Origin: Candidatus Obscuribacteraceae bacterium
Lineage (GTDB): Bacteria > Cyanobacteriota > Vampirovibrionia > Obscuribacterales > Obscuribacteraceae
Direction: 5' to 3'
DNA: 64,000 nt
NCBI GenBank assembly: GCA_044226015.1
Contig: JBGAHS010000009.1
Coordinates: 357,272-421,271, forward strand
Part shown: positions 1-10,909 of the stretch, piece by piece
Position numbering within the stretch: the first letter of the stretch is position 1
How the letters are laid out: each line of letters begins with the position of its first letter
Program-made: the position numbers and the translations under genes
Notes under the pieces: generated by a model
Told to the model about the DNA's origin: nothing
Databases searched by the model: none
What the model saw: only the letters and a program-made list of their open reading frames with translations

Positions 1-738
1 ATCAGACCACTGGCTCGTTTGCTTCCTTATCCTCATAGAGAGGCTTGTAGCGCGATTTGTCCTGTAGTCAGGCTGCCAGGTCTCAGGTCCATCCTTGTAG
101 CAGCAGTGTCTGTCGTAGTTGGTGCCTGGACTCATATCTTCTGGGATGGTTTCACTCACGCTAATGGTTGGTGTGTACGTGAGTTTTCGGCGCATACGCC
201 CGCTTTATTCATGATAGGCGCGTACAAAATTACTATATGGCAGATACTTCAGCATGGCAGCACCGTATTGGGGCTGGCTTTTCTAGCGCTGTCGTATTGG
301 CATTATACAAGTCGAACAAGGTTTGAACGTCAACGAACTTTGCTCAATCCGATTATGTGTAATCTAATTTGGTTTTTGCTCGTGGTACCGCCTGCGGTGC
401 TAGTCATTCAAGACAATCTAAGCGTTTTGACCGCTCATATCGGAACGCCTTATTTGGATGAGGCATCCTACGAATTCTCATATAACACTACAGTTGCTTA
501 TGTTTGTGCCTTTCTGCCTCTTGCAACTATAGCGGGCGTTCTGGTTAGCATGTTGGAATACATTCTTATTCCTGCAGGTTCTTTTCCTTCTAGCAAACAA
601 TTCGAAGCAGCCAAGCTGGCAAAAGTTGCAGCAGCTGAATTCGAGACGAAAGAAGTATTGTCTACCCTGGGTTCGCTGAGAAACGCAGCGAATTCAGCTG
701 CTGCGCCGGTTGTAGATTCACTAGCTAGCAAACCCTGA
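1..738 (+). CDS. DUF4184-family membrane protein (5' end lies outside the window)
   Basis: Frame is open from base 1; THIFWDGFTH and LQHGSTVLG motifs with several hydrophobic helices. Confidence 0.7.
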   Translation: MRPLARLLPYPHREACSAICPVVRLPGLRSILVAAVSVVVGAWTHIFWDGFTHANGWCVREFSAHTPALFMIGAYKITIWQILQHGSTVLGLAFLALSYWHYTSRTRFERQRTLLNPIMCNLIWFLLVVPPAVLVIQDNLSVLTAHIGTPYLDEASYEFSYNTTVAYVCAFLPLATIAGVLVSMLEYILIPAGSFPSSKQFEAAKLAKVAAAEFETKEVLSTLGSLRNAANSAAAPVVDSLASKP

Positions 739-801
739 TTCATGCAGTGCAATTAGTGAATCTTCGCTGCATTGCGGCAAGAATTCCAGTTATTTATCGA
801 C

Positions 802-849
802 TCAAAGAATAAAGCACCGGCTAGGTGATACCGGTGCTTTATTCTTTGA
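802..849. terminator. Bidirectional intrinsic terminator between convergent genes
   Basis: 19-bp perfect inverted repeat tcaaagaataaagcaccgg / ccggtgctttattctttga with a 10-nt loop. Confidence 0.8.
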
Positions 850-935
850 TATTTCATTTTAGGTATATGGTTCGCTTTGCGTCATTATGCTAGCGGACAG
901 AACCACAACTCTTGTGTTTATACTTGGCTTCGAAC

Positions 936-2363
936 TTAAAAGTCGGCGCTCTTAGGTGCACGTGGAAAAGGAATAACATCGCGAATATTACCCATACCAG
1001 TGACAAATTGCACGCAGCGCTCAAGACCCAGGCCGAAGCCAGCATGTGGCACCGTGCCGAACCTGCGCAAGTCTAGATACCACCAGTACTCTTCAGGGTG
1101 CAGTCCGCAGTCTCTCATGCGTGACTCCAATACTTCCAGATTGTCTTCTCTCTGGCTTCCACCGATGATCTCCCCAATCTTAGGTACAAGAACATCCATC
1201 GCGCAGACAGTCTTACCGTCCTCGTTTAATTTCATATAAAACGCTTTGATATCTTTCGGATAGTTGTAAACGATGACTGGTTTCTTGAACTTCTTCTCTG
1301 TCAAATAGCGCTCATGCTCAGTTTGCAAGTCGATTCCCCATTTGACTGGAAATTCAAATTTCTCTTCGCACTTTTCTAGAATTTCAACAGCTTCTGTATA
1401 ACTTACTCTTTCAAATTCACTTTCGACGATTCCCGTCAGTGTTGAAATGAGTGTGTTATCTATCTTCTCGTTCAAAAACGCGAGATCATCGGGACAGTTT
1501 TTCATTACGTCTGAGAAAATGCGTTTCAAGAAATCTTCTGCCAGGTCCATATCACCTTCGAGATCGCAGAATGCGACTTCGGGTTCGACCATCCAGAACT
1601 CTGCCAGGTGACGACTTGTATTTGAATTTTCAGCCCGGAATGTAGGTCCAAATGTATAGATGCTGTGTAGAGCTGTAGCAAAGCACTCACCTTCCAATTG
1701 TCCGCTTACTGTCAAGTTTGTTGGCTTACCGAAGAAGTCCTGCTCGAAATCAATCTCGTTGGGCTTGTCCGCCAACTTTGGTGGGTTCATCATATCCAGC
1801 GTCGTTACTCTGAACATTTGACCTGCGCCCTCGCAGTCAGATGCGGTTATAACTGGTGTATGGACGTAGATGAATCCTCTTTCCTGATAGAAGTTATGAA
1901 TTGAGCGACAAATCTCATTTCTAACGCGGAACACTGCGCCAAAGGTCATCGTTCGAGGACGTAGATGCGCAATAGTGCGAAGGTACTCGTAGGAGGTTTC
2001 CTTCTTTTGCAGTGGGTAACTGGCAGGGTCAGCGTAACCAAATATTTTTACCGACTCGGCCTTAACTTCCGTCGCCTGTCCTTTTGCTGGCGACGCTACG
2101 ATGTTACCTATGATCTCGACACTACTGCCGATACCACAGTTCAGGATTTCAGATTCATAGTTTGGCAAGGCTTTTTCTGCTATGACCTGAACACCCTTGA
2201 TAGAGGTTCCGTCAGTCAGGTCAATGAAAGAGAATCCACCTTTCGAATCTCTTCGAGAGCGAACCCATCCTTGAAGTGTCACCCTCTTTCCTATTGAATC
2301 GGCTAAGAGGGCTTGCTTAACTTTCATTTTCTCTGGAGCATCTGTTTTTGTGTCTGTGTGCAT
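936..2363 (-). CDS. asnS: Asparagine--tRNA ligase (start at 2363 or 2327)
   Basis: OB-fold [32 protein letters not shown] and GFGLGLER class II motifs. Confidence 0.97.
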   Translation of the reverse strand: MHTDTKTDAPEKMKVKQALLADSIGKRVTLQGWVRSRRDSKGGFSFIDLTDGTSIKGVQVIAEKALPNYESEILNCGIGSSVEIIGNIVASPAKGQATEVKAESVKIFGYADPASYPLQKKETSYEYLRTIAHLRPRTMTFGAVFRVRNEICRSIHNFYQERGFIYVHTPVITASDCEGAGQMFRVTTLDMMNPPKLADKPNEIDFEQDFFGKPTNLTVSGQLEGECFATALHSIYTFGPTFRAENSNTSRHLAEFWMVEPEVAFCDLEGDMDLAEDFLKRIFSDVMKNCPDDLAFLNEKIDNTLISTLTGIVESEFERVSYTEAVEILEKCEEKFEFPVKWGIDLQTEHERYLTEKKFKKPVIVYNYPKDIKAFYMKLNEDGKTVCAMDVLVPKIGEIIGGSQREDNLEVLESRMRDCGLHPEEYWWYLDLRRFGTVPHAGFGLGLERCVQFVTGMGNIRDVIPFPRAPKSADF

Positions 2364-2409
2364 TTTTGAGCATTTCTCCGCTGTGATATTTCCTGGTCTG
2401 AGTTGAAAA

Positions 2410-3048
2410 TTAAGGACGTTTTCGAACAATGAATACGCCGTCTCTGATTGGCAACAATACTCTGTCAACGCGCTCGTCTTTTTCTATGCGATCGTTTAAT
2501 TCGGCAATCGCTGTAGAGTTTTCGCATTTTGGATTGAGAACTTTGCCGCTATATAGAACGTTGTCTATAAGCATCAAGCCACCTGGTTTCAATAGTTTGA
2601 GAACGGCTTCGTAGTAGTTGCCGTAATTTGTCTTATCTGCATCAATGAAAGCCAGGTCGAATGAGCCTTGCAGAGTCTTCAATGTATCGAGAGCTGGTCC
2701 TTCTTTTATTGTAATTTTCTTTCCATGCGGGCTCTTTTGAAAAAACTGTCGTGCGATTTTAATTGTGCGAGGATCCAGGTCGCAAGTTATCAACTCGCCA
2801 TCATCGGGCAATCCCTCTGCCATCGAAAGAGCTGAGTAACCTGTGAACATGCCAATTTCAAGCACACGCTTCGCATTTGAGACCATAACCATCATCTTGA
2901 GGAAACGCCCTTCGAGCGGTCCTGTCAGCATTATTGGCAGCTCTGTCTCTTTATAAGTAACTTCTACCAGTTCGTTGAGCAGGTCACTGGTCTTTTCTGA
3001 TTTGGAAATTGCGTACTTATCAATTTCTGGCGACACGAGGGCGAGCAT
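2410..3048 (-). CDS. Class I SAM-dependent O-methyltransferase (CCoAOMT/Methyltransf_3 type)
   Basis: [16 protein letters not shown] and DNVL motifs; GGAGGA SD before ATG 3048. Confidence 0.9.
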   Translation of the reverse strand: MLALVSPEIDKYAISKSEKTSDLLNELVEVTYKETELPIMLTGPLEGRFLKMMVMVSNAKRVLEIGMFTGYSALSMAEGLPDDGELITCDLDPRTIKIARQFFQKSPHGKKITIKEGPALDTLKTLQGSFDLAFIDADKTNYGNYYEAVLKLLKPGGLMLIDNVLYSGKVLNPKCENSTAIAELNDRIEKDERVDRVLLPIRDGVFIVRKRP

Positions 3049-3255
3049 TTTGAGTCCTCCAAAGAAGAAAAGCCGCAAGCACGCTTGCAAATCTGTAGGC
3101 TTCTCCAAGAATCCTTGATTTATACCAGAAAATTCGGTTTTTCTGTTCCCGCTTGACAGCGAACCTTCTCCCATACTTTGAGCTGTGCTGCTAGACTTAG
3201 GCAAGATAAATAAGCGTGGCATTCGCGCCTCAGAAAATAAGGTTCACAATATTCA

Positions 3256-4653
3256 ATGAGACTGGAAGCAGATCACCTCAGTCCAATGGACATTTTTAAA
3301 ATTGGTGTTGGCCCGTCGTCCTCCCACACGGTAGGACCCATGATTGCAGCTCTTGATTTTCGCCAACACTCAGAGCAATTCTTGAAAAGTCATGAAGCGA
3401 ATTCAGTTCGTATCACTGTTGAATTGTTCGGTAGTCTTTCCGCCACCGGGCTGGGTCACGGCACCGATGGAGCCGTTTGCGCTGGTCTTGCTGGGCTACA
3501 TCCTCGTCATTCAGAAACCGATGATATTTGGGCTGCTATGCCTAAACTGGTCAGCCATCCGCAGATGACTATCGCCGGAAAAACAGTCGATTTTCAGCCC
3601 GAGAAAGACATAATCTGGCAAGCATGGACTGTGGACGATCAAGCCCTTGCGCACCCGAATACAATGAGATTCCGGCTTCTTGCCAATGACTCCTCTCTAC
3701 TTATGGAAGAGATGATAATCTCGGTTGGAGGTGGCTTTATCGAACATATTGATCCTAAAACTAAAAAGCGTAGTGATGCATCTGAGGAAGAACCGGGAGC
3801 GCCCATTCCGTTTCCGTTTGTTACTGCAGCTGATTTTGTGAAGCTCTGTACCGAGAAGAACATGCAACCGTGGGATCTCGTTATAGCGAATCAAACCGCA
3901 TTGGGGCACAACGAGGAAATGGTGCGCGCGCATTTAGACGCAGTGTTGGATAATATGGAAGCCTGCATCGAAAAAGGACTCACCACAGATGGTATCTTGC
4001 CAGGTGGGTTAAACGTGAAGCGCAGAGCCAAAGATCTCTATGAACGTAGCCTCACCGGTGCGACCCCTGAATGGGCAGGAAATGACCTTCGTCCGTCTGT
4101 TTATGCCATGGCAGTCAATGAAGAAAATGCTGCTGGCGGTAGGGTGGTTACTGCACCTACCAACGGAAGTTCAGGTCTGATTCCAGCGGTATTTAGATTG
4201 CTGCGAGAAAAGCATAATTTAGATCGACGAACCATGCAGAACGGCTTAATTGTTGCTTCCGTTATTGGTGCGTTAGTGAAAACACATGCCTCCATCAGTG
4301 GTGCTGAGGTTGGCTGCCAGGGTGAGGTCGGCACTTCATGTGCAATGGCTGCGGCTGGTGCAGTTGCGATGCTGGGTGGAAGCATTCAGCAGATCGAACA
4401 AGCCGCTGAAATTGGCATCGAACATCACCTGGGCATGACTTGCGACCCCATTAAGGGGCTGGTGCAAATTCCCTGTATTGAACGAAATGCGATGGGGGCA
4501 GTTAAGGCGCTGAATGCTGCGGCTCTATCCCTGGTGTCTGATGGACATCATATGATAAGTCTCGACCGGGTTCTGAAAGTGATGAAAGAAACTGGTCTGG
4601 ACATGAACCAGAAATATAAGGAAACTGCTACAGGCGGACTCGCTCTGGGATAG
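3256..4653 (+). CDS. sdaA: L-serine ammonia-lyase (Fe-S, fused alpha/beta)
   Basis: GPSSSHTVGPM, GAEVGCQGEVG and CDPIKGLVQIPCIERN. Confidence 0.95.
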   Translation: MRLEADHLSPMDIFKIGVGPSSSHTVGPMIAALDFRQHSEQFLKSHEANSVRITVELFGSLSATGLGHGTDGAVCAGLAGLHPRHSETDDIWAAMPKLVSHPQMTIAGKTVDFQPEKDIIWQAWTVDDQALAHPNTMRFRLLANDSSLLMEEMIISVGGGFIEHIDPKTKKRSDASEEEPGAPIPFPFVTAADFVKLCTEKNMQPWDLVIANQTALGHNEEMVRAHLDAVLDNMEACIEKGLTTDGILPGGLNVKRRAKDLYERSLTGATPEWAGNDLRPSVYAMAVNEENAAGGRVVTAPTNGSSGLIPAVFRLLREKHNLDRRTMQNGLIVASVIGALVKTHASISGAEVGCQGEVGTSCAMAAAGAVAMLGGSIQQIEQAAEIGIEHHLGMTCDPIKGLVQIPCIERNAMGAVKALNAAALSLVSDGHHMISLDRVLKVMKETGLDMNQKYKETATGGLALG

Positions 4654-4776
4654 CTGCTTTTGTGGAATCTTACTTTGCTACTGGGAGTGAAGTAAAGGGT
4701 AGAATTTGCCGCTACTTCAATGCCAGAATAGCAGCGCTCATATAGAGAGAACGCTCATTTGAAGAGAGGGTTGTTT

Positions 4777-5037
4777 ATGCATCGCAAAATTTCTGCGCTC
4801 GCGCTTTCTTTGCTACTAGGTTTAGCCTTGGTTCCTGTTGCTTTAGCGGATGATCCGCCGCCTGCTGGCGATCAGCAAGCTGCTGCTGGTCAGGGTGGAA
4901 AGCAAGGTGGTGGACGCAGGCTCGGACGTCTACGCAATCGTCTTGGCGGCATGAGAAAACATAGAAGACACAAGAAGCATCAGCAAGGTGCCGACGCTCA
5001 AAACGGTGCACAAACGGCACCACCGCAGAGCAACTAG
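4777..5037 (+). CDS. Small secreted protein with a basic, low-complexity body
   Basis: Signal peptide MHRKISALALSLLLGLALVPVALA|DD; purine-rich SD; terminator follows. Confidence 0.7.
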   Translation: MHRKISALALSLLLGLALVPVALADDPPPAGDQQAAAGQGGKQGGGRRLGRLRNRLGGMRKHRRHKKHQQGADAQNGAQTAPPQSN

Positions 5038-5063
5038 GACGAAAACAAATTTGAGTCTTATAA

Positions 5064-5093
5064 AAGCGGGAAGGATATCTGTCCTTCCCGTTT
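5064..5093 (+). terminator. Intrinsic terminator
   Basis: cgggaagga-tatctg-tccttcccg stem followed by ttt. Confidence 0.65.
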
Positions 5094-5187
5094 CGCTTGC
5101 TGACAGTTGCTTGCGAGTTTTGAAAAAATTGGATTCGCTCACCTGAAAATGGGCATTTTGAGGCGATGATATACACGATTCTGCTGC

Positions 5188-5216
5188 TTGACATTGCGTT
5201 AAGCCGGTTTTACTAT
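5188..5216 (+). promoter_or_regulatory. Sigma70-type promoter
   Basis: TTGACA-17 bp-TACTAT, the same hexamers as the 16S promoter. Confidence 0.7.
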
Positions 5217-5300
5217 GATGATCCCAGTCCATGGTTGGATGGTTTACCAAAAAACAACTTAGCTCCATCACTCCTGATTGCGTTTGCAATCGAGGTACCC

Positions 5301-6053
5301 ATGTTTCTTAGAAAGGAAGGCATGGCTGGACATGATCCCACAGATAGTGGGACATACTCGTCTGCCAGAAAACGTCGCTTTAACCCTCAAATAGTGCCGT
5401 CTCATCCCAATGAGGTACCATTTTTCAGTACCTCTAGTTATGGTGGCGAAGCTAAAGGTCTAGCTCGCAAACGCGAGGTCGCTCGCCTCTTTTCCCGAAT
5501 GAGAGATGAGTTGCGAGAGATTGCCGAGGAGTTTGCTGACGAGACAGCCATATTTCCATGCGCTGCAAACACCGTCAGAAAGGGTATTCTCGTAGAAATG
5601 TTAGTTGCCACAGAATTTGTTTCCGATGAGCTAGACTCGGCTATTGCGGCACTCTGTCAGGCTGGAGCTGCGGCAAAAAGCCGAGGCGCAACTACCCAGC
5701 AAATAGAAAAAATTGCAAGACAGGCACGGAGCTTTTCTCGTCTGCAATCTCGAATCAGCGAGTTTCAGCGAGAAGTCGACAGTATGGTTGAACTTACACT
5801 GAGAGCCTTTCACGATTATCAGGTTCAGACTTCACTCAATTTTGATCCTCTATCCTGTGGTGCAGGACAACCTTTCGTTCATCTCTTTCTTAGCGCAGTG
5901 AGCGAGACGGTTGAGGTGCTTTCCGTCTTAGCCGAGGAAGCACTCAAAAAGCGCGATTTCGAAACTGTCACTGAACTCTGTTCTTGCAATCTTCAATTGA
6001 ACAATTTTCTGCTCGATGTGCAGCGAATTCTCAAGGAAAACAGCGAAGTTTGA
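5301..6053 (+). CDS. Hypothetical alpha-helical protein (start 5301 or 5322)
   Basis: Long ORF downstream of the promoter; SD-like GAGG/AGGAAGG before both ATGs. Confidence 0.7.
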   Translation: MFLRKEGMAGHDPTDSGTYSSARKRRFNPQIVPSHPNEVPFFSTSSYGGEAKGLARKREVARLFSRMRDELREIAEEFADETAIFPCAANTVRKGILVEMLVATEFVSDELDSAIAALCQAGAAAKSRGATTQQIEKIARQARSFSRLQSRISEFQREVDSMVELTLRAFHDYQVQTSLNFDPLSCGAGQPFVHLFLSAVSETVEVLSVLAEEALKKRDFETVTELCSCNLQLNNFLLDVQRILKENSEV

Positions 6054-6097
6054 ACACCTGAAGAGCTTGGGCGTGACAATCTGGGTAGATTGTTGCT

Positions 6098-9000
6098 ATG
6101 GAGCAAATAAATAAGCACTTCAGGGGCAAAATTGATAATCGCTACACCGTCATAGCTCACCTGGGCGATGGCGGAATGGGATTTGTGTTTAAGGCCATTG
6201 AAGATGATCTTGAACGTGTAGTCGCTTTGAAAATGCTGCATGAAAGCCTGCTTTCCGATGCCGAGAGCCTTTCTCGTTTTCAGCGTGAGAGTAGGCTTTT
6301 ATCAAGTCTGTCGCATAAAAACGTCCTGACGTTTTACCGTTTTGGTGTCTGGAATGAAGTTTATCCATTCATAGCGATGGAGTATTTCGAAGGACGAACG
6401 CTTAAGTCAGTTATTTCAAATGAACCGATGCAGCCCTCGAGAGTACTGAAAATTGCGTTGCAGATAGCTTCGGCAGTAAGTTATTTGCATTCCAGTGGGG
6501 TGGTGCATAGGGATTTGACCTCTAATAATGTGATGGTGGCAGATGAGCCTGAAGCTGATTTTGTGAAGCTATTGGATTTTGGTTTGGCAAAGCTTTTGAC
6601 TCCGGACGCTTCGGAGCAGCGCCTCACAAAGACGGGGATCCTATTGGGTTCTGTCTCTTATATGAGTCCTGAGCAGGCATCTGGAAAAGTGGCTGATAAT
6701 CGCTCTGATATCTATTCTTTTGGCTGCATTCTTTTCGAGATGTTGACAGGTCGACTGCCATTCGAGGCAGATAATCCCATAGGTTTGATGCACAAGCATG
6801 TGCATGAACCTGCACCAACTATCGGCACATTTATGCCATCGCATTCAGTGTCATATGGACTTGAGAAGATAGTAATGCGCTGTCTTGAGAAAATGCCGGA
6901 AAACAGATTTCAGTCAGCTCAAGAATTGTTAGAAAGCCTAACTCACGAGGGTTCTTTAAGTCCATCGTCTTCTCGAAAAATTCCAAGAGGGACTCTAAGC
7001 AAAGCGAAAATCGCTGTTGCAGTTTTGTTTGTTTTTTTCGGAGTTTTTTTATTCGAAAGAGTGTGGCGAACTCATCCCTATTTAACTGAGCAACAAAATC
7101 TTGAAAAGGTTCTTCTTTCGGTGAACTCTCTGAGTCCTAGAGATGCGATGAGCTTACTTGAGAATTCGCTGAATAGCGATATCATGAGAAAAGAAAAGTC
7201 TTTGCTGAAAGCACGAGCTGTTTCTAAACTTGCTTCGTTGGAACTTGCTTACGGCGACAAGAAAAAAGCCCGCCAGGATGCTGAGCGGGCCCTTGTGCTT
7301 CTAGCCAACGTAGCTAGAAGCAAGCAAAACATGAAGAATGCCGAGTCAGATTTGCAGTTCAGCGAATCGGTTTCAAGCATAACGCAGATTTTGTGTGCTG
7401 TACCATCTGATAAACGCAAGCCGCCGACGCAATTGATTTTGGCTATGGAGGAATTGCGCTCTACTTTTGATCAGAAGCATATGCCTGGAATTGCTGCTCA
7501 ATTGTCCTTTTGCCAACTTTCTTTTGTGCTGAGAGGAAAGAGGGGTGACACTGCTGTGCAGTCCATTCTCGAACATCTAAATCATCATCTACTTCAATTC
7601 AATCCAGCAGGTTCCGAAAAAACTCAGTTCGTTCTCGATTCATTTGCAAAACAGACAGCAGTTCTCTGTACTAAAGCAGATCTTAGCGAGCTGAGTAAAA
7701 GGCACATACTACATTGTATGTTGCGCTGTGTAGAGAAATGGCTCGTACTTGCTTCTAGCGAAAACGCAGAGCTGTTGCTCCATGAAATTCTTCCCGAGCC
7801 TAGAAAGCACGGGCAGGAACTTGCTATTCTTTCGTCAATTTATGGAAACAGAATAGATTTGTTCAGGCATGACTTTAGTAGCGTGCGCAACAAAGTAATA
7901 GATAACTTGCTTGCCTTGCAAAATGGTATACACAGTGAATTTGTTTGCAGCGCGACGGTTGAGCAACTTATATCTGTCCTGGTAAGTTGTTCTTATGATG
8001 ATCGGGCGCTGCCCGCTATGGAAAAACTTTATCAACGTTCTGAGGATTTGCCTCTAGACATGAAAGTGTGGATAGCGAACGGATTAGCCAAGCTATACAT
8101 GTTGAAAGGGCAGTATGAAAAGGCTAACAATGTTCTTTCTGTTTATGTCTTGTCTCCTAAGTTTGCTCATTCATTGCGAACAACAATGTACATTGACTAT
8201 CTGGATAATCTCATCAATTTGCGGCAGACCGATAAGGCAAAGAATATTTTTCATGTGATTGCACTGGCAAATGAGCTTCAGCTGAGCAATCCTTTCTTTT
8301 TCAAAGAATCACATTCCTTAGTATCTAGCCTTAAGCTCAGACTAGCTCTGGTGAAAGAAGACCCTCAAGAAGCACGTGACATGCTGACTGAGCTCTTGCT
8401 AGATGACGAAAATGATCACTTCGCAATAATTGACTGGAACTCTGAGTTCCTGCAGCTAAAGCGTCTGACAAAGCGACAAGAATACGAGAAGATCTTGGCT
8501 CCAATAGTCGAGCATCGCTTGAACTATCTAACAAAATTAGCTCCACATGATTTGTTTGAGCAACTCGGTATGTTATTTGGAAATGTTCGGCTAACGGCAG
8601 GAACTGCTTTTGCTGGCAAGCTTGCGAAAGCTGAATTGAAAGCCGCCAGAGCTTGTGGAAATGCAGATAAAATTATGCTGGCAAATGCTCATTTGGGAGA
8701 TGTCTTAACAGAGGAAGATCGCGGATTTGAACGTAGCGCTGACCTTTACCTGTCGGCCGCTAATTTGAGCAGTTTGCCCCCCGCTCGTGATGACTTGATC
8801 TTCCGCATACTCGCTGTCTATGTCTACAAGGGAGATTTTAAGTCTGCCAAAGATTATCTGGAAAAAATTCAAAGTTCAACTCTAAATGAGTACCGCAAGA
8901 TCTACATTCAGTCTTTGAAAAGGACTGTTTCAATTTTAGCTTGTGATTCTGCCGCAGAACTTGCTGCTTGCGATCAACATATTGCTTTGACGAAGAACTT

Positions 9001-9991
9001 TCCCCTTGAGCATTTTACTGCGGAACTTAATGTGGTTGGAACCAAGCTTGCTCTTAATAAGGACTGTAGCGCTGACCTTGCAGAGTTGAATAGAGAGTTG
9101 AATCAGCTTTCCCCTATGGGCGAAGTTGCATTTAATTGTGCCATCAGATTTGCGGAGCTCAACGCCGTTGTTAAATGTAGAGAGGCTGCGGCACACGGGC
9201 TAAGCTTGAGTCAGCGGGAATTGAGCCGTGAATTTCTTTCTGCCTATTACAAGTCGTTTGTAGAGAATTTTTGCGGAGTAGTGGATCGATCAATCTCCAA
9301 TTCTGAACTCGACAGAGCGTATCGCTTGCAACAATTTTGTCAGGAAAATGCAAGCATTTACCTGGCGCAGCGGACTCTTTCCAACTTGTCTTTGAAGGAA
9401 ATTTCGCCACCTGGTCTGTTCAAATCTCGTGCGTTTGTACTGATGGCAAATTCCTATGCTCGAATGGAAAATCCTGACAAGGCTGAAGAATTTTATGAGA
9501 GTGCCTATCGAATTTCGTCTTACAGCCCAGAATACAATTCGATAATTGAGTACTTGCAGCGTCTAAGCAAAAGAGATCCTCGCGCTGCATTTCCCATTGC
9601 AGAGCAGGCCTCGTCTGAATCTGCGAATCTGGGAGTTGCTCGCTCTGCGTTGTTAACTCTCGCGGCAGATCTAGCTGCCACAAAGAAGCAAATGACTCTG
9701 GCAAAGCAGTACTATGATTGGTCACTGGTTGAAGATTTGATATATGACCAGCTACAAAATCGACACATCTTAATTTACCGATTTGCCAAAATGTCTATCA
9801 TTTCAAGGGAAGAGAGAAACTATATCGCTGCAGAAAAGTACTCGAGAATCTGCTTTTCACTGCTTCTGAGAGAGGGCTATCCTAATAGTGATACATGGAA
9901 AGGAGTGATCGAATCTCATTGCTTGAATTTGCACTTGCTAGGAAAAGACAAGGAAGCCCAGGAACTAAAGGCAAAATACTTTATTAATTGA
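6098..9991 (+). CDS. Hanks-type Ser/Thr kinase with TM segment and long TPR-like C-terminal region
   Basis: GDGGMG, VALK, HRDLTSNN, DFG, SPE; TM IAVAVLFVFFGVFLF. Confidence 0.92.
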   Translation: MEQINKHFRGKIDNRYTVIAHLGDGGMGFVFKAIEDDLERVVALKMLHESLLSDAESLSRFQRESRLLSSLSHKNVLTFYRFGVWNEVYPFIAMEYFEGRTLKSVISNEPMQPSRVLKIALQIASAVSYLHSSGVVHRDLTSNNVMVADEPEADFVKLLDFGLAKLLTPDASEQRLTKTGILLGSVSYMSPEQASGKVADNRSDIYSFGCILFEMLTGRLPFEADNPIGLMHKHVHEPAPTIGTFMPSHSVSYGLEKIVMRCLEKMPENRFQSAQELLESLTHEGSLSPSSSRKIPRGTLSKAKIAVAVLFVFFGVFLFERVWRTHPYLTEQQNLEKVLLSVNSLSPRDAMSLLENSLNSDIMRKEKSLLKARAVSKLASLELAYGDKKKARQDAERALVLLANVARSKQNMKNAESDLQFSESVSSITQILCAVPSDKRKPPTQLILAMEELRSTFDQKHMPGIAAQLSFCQLSFVLRGKRGDTAVQSILEHLNHHLLQFNPAGSEKTQFVLDSFAKQTAVLCTKADLSELSKRHILHCMLRCVEKWLVLASSENAELLLHEILPEPRKHGQELAILSSIYGNRIDLFRHDFSSVRNKVIDNLLALQNGIHSEFVCSATVEQLISVLVSCSYDDRALPAMEKLYQRSEDLPLDMKVWIANGLAKLYMLKGQYEKANNVLSVYVLSPKFAHSLRTTMYIDYLDNLINLRQTDKAKNIFHVIALANELQLSNPFFFKESHSLVSSLKLRLALVKEDPQEARDMLTELLLDDENDHFAIIDWNSEFLQLKRLTKRQEYEKILAPIVEHRLNYLTKLAPHDLFEQLGMLFGNVRLTAGTAFAGKLAKAELKAARACGNADKIMLANAHLGDVLTEEDRGFERSADLYLSAANLSSLPPARDDLIFRILAVYVYKGDFKSAKDYLEKIQSSTLNEYRKIYIQSLKRTVSILACDSAAELAACDQHIALTKNFPLEHFTAELNVVGTKLALNKDCSADLAELNRELNQLSPMGEVAFNCAIRFAELNAVVKCREAAAHGLSLSQRELSREFLSAYYKSFVENFCGVVDRSISNSELDRAYRLQQFCQENASIYLAQRTLSNLSLKEISPPGLFKSRAFVLMANSYARMENPDKAEEFYESAYRISSYSPEYNSIIEYLQRLSKRDPRAAFPIAEQASSESANLGVARSALLTLAADLAATKKQMTLAKQYYDWSLVEDLIYDQLQNRHILIYRFAKMSIISREERNYIAAEKYSRICFSLLLREGYPNSDTWKGVIESHCLNLHLLGKDKEAQELKAKYFIN

Positions 9992-10000
9992 AGACCTTGA

Positions 10001-10909
10001 TTATCGAGTCTGCGTGCCAGTAAGAAGCCGCTCGCGTATGTGATCTGCGAGAATTTTGTAAGAGGCTGCTAGCCTGGATTTCTCCTCCAGAACTGCTCCT
10101 TTATTGATCGCGATTGTTGATGATCTGTGGTCACTGGGTAACTCATGGAAGATTTTTATTCCCCGTTTCTTCAGTGCAGTTGCAGTCTTAGTGGATGGAC
10201 TTGTAGACAAAACTATCATTCTTGCAATTGCGATAAAAAGAGCACTTGCAATGACAACTACCGTTACTGAGCTGCTAGAATCCGTCTTTGCAAAAGACAG
10301 AATAAGCAAAAGTATCAGGCAAGAAAGAGCTACGAATCTCTCTATTATGGGATTTCCCATTTCTCTATGGCTTATCACGAAGAGTTCTTTACCATTTAAC
10401 GGTTTGAAGCGAGGGCTATTGAGCAGTAATTTGAAATCGATGGCTGCATTTGCAGCCTGGGGAGAGTCTGAGGCAATGTAGAGAATAAGATCTGATTTCA
10501 TCATTGCCATTTTGCTTAGCTCGACATGGTGTGGATGTGGAAGGTCTATCACAACAAAATCAAATTCCATTTTGCATTGATCAAAAAGTTCCTTCATTGC
10601 CTCGTCCACATCTTCTGCAAATTGTCCGTAGCCGATCATCGGGAATCCAACAGCATATAGATCTGCAGAAATGTTGATGGCGAAATCTGAGATTTTGTTT
10701 GCATCAGAGTTGCTCAAGGCTGATTTGCGAAATGCTTTTTGTGCGTCCTGGTTCAAGTAAAGAAGAGCGACACTGAAATCCAAATTCAAGTCGATAAGGC
10801 AACACTTGCCAGATTTGGACAATTGGTGAGCGAGCTGCACAGCTGAGAATGTCACGCCTTGCCCGCCAATCGCACTATATACCGAAATAACCAGGCTCTT
10901 CTTGTTCAT
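10001..10909 (-). CDS. CpaE/TadZ (MinD/ParA-like) protein with an inserted hydrophobic hairpin
   Basis: SAIGGQGVT degenerate Walker A, LIDLNL, FDFVVIDLP; two hydrophobic helices inserted. Confidence 0.7.
   Translation of the reverse strand: MNKKSLVISVYSAIGGQGVTFSAVQLAHQLSKSGKCCLIDLNLDFSVALLYLNQDAQKAFRKSALSNSDANKISDFAINISADLYAVGFPMIGYGQFAEDVDEAMKELFDQCKMEFDFVVIDLPHPHHVELSKMAMMKSDLILYIASDSPQAANAAIDFKLLLNSPRFKPLNGKELFVISHREMGNPIIERFVALSCLILLLILSFAKTDSSSSVTVVVIASALFIAIARMIVLSTSPSTKTATALKKRGIKIFHELPSDHRSSTIAINKGAVLEEKSRLAASYKILADHIRERLLTGTQTR

Noticed and set aside
5166..5300. N-terminal extension of ORF 5166-6053
   Set aside because: A consensus promoter lies inside it, so the true start is likely 5301 or 5322
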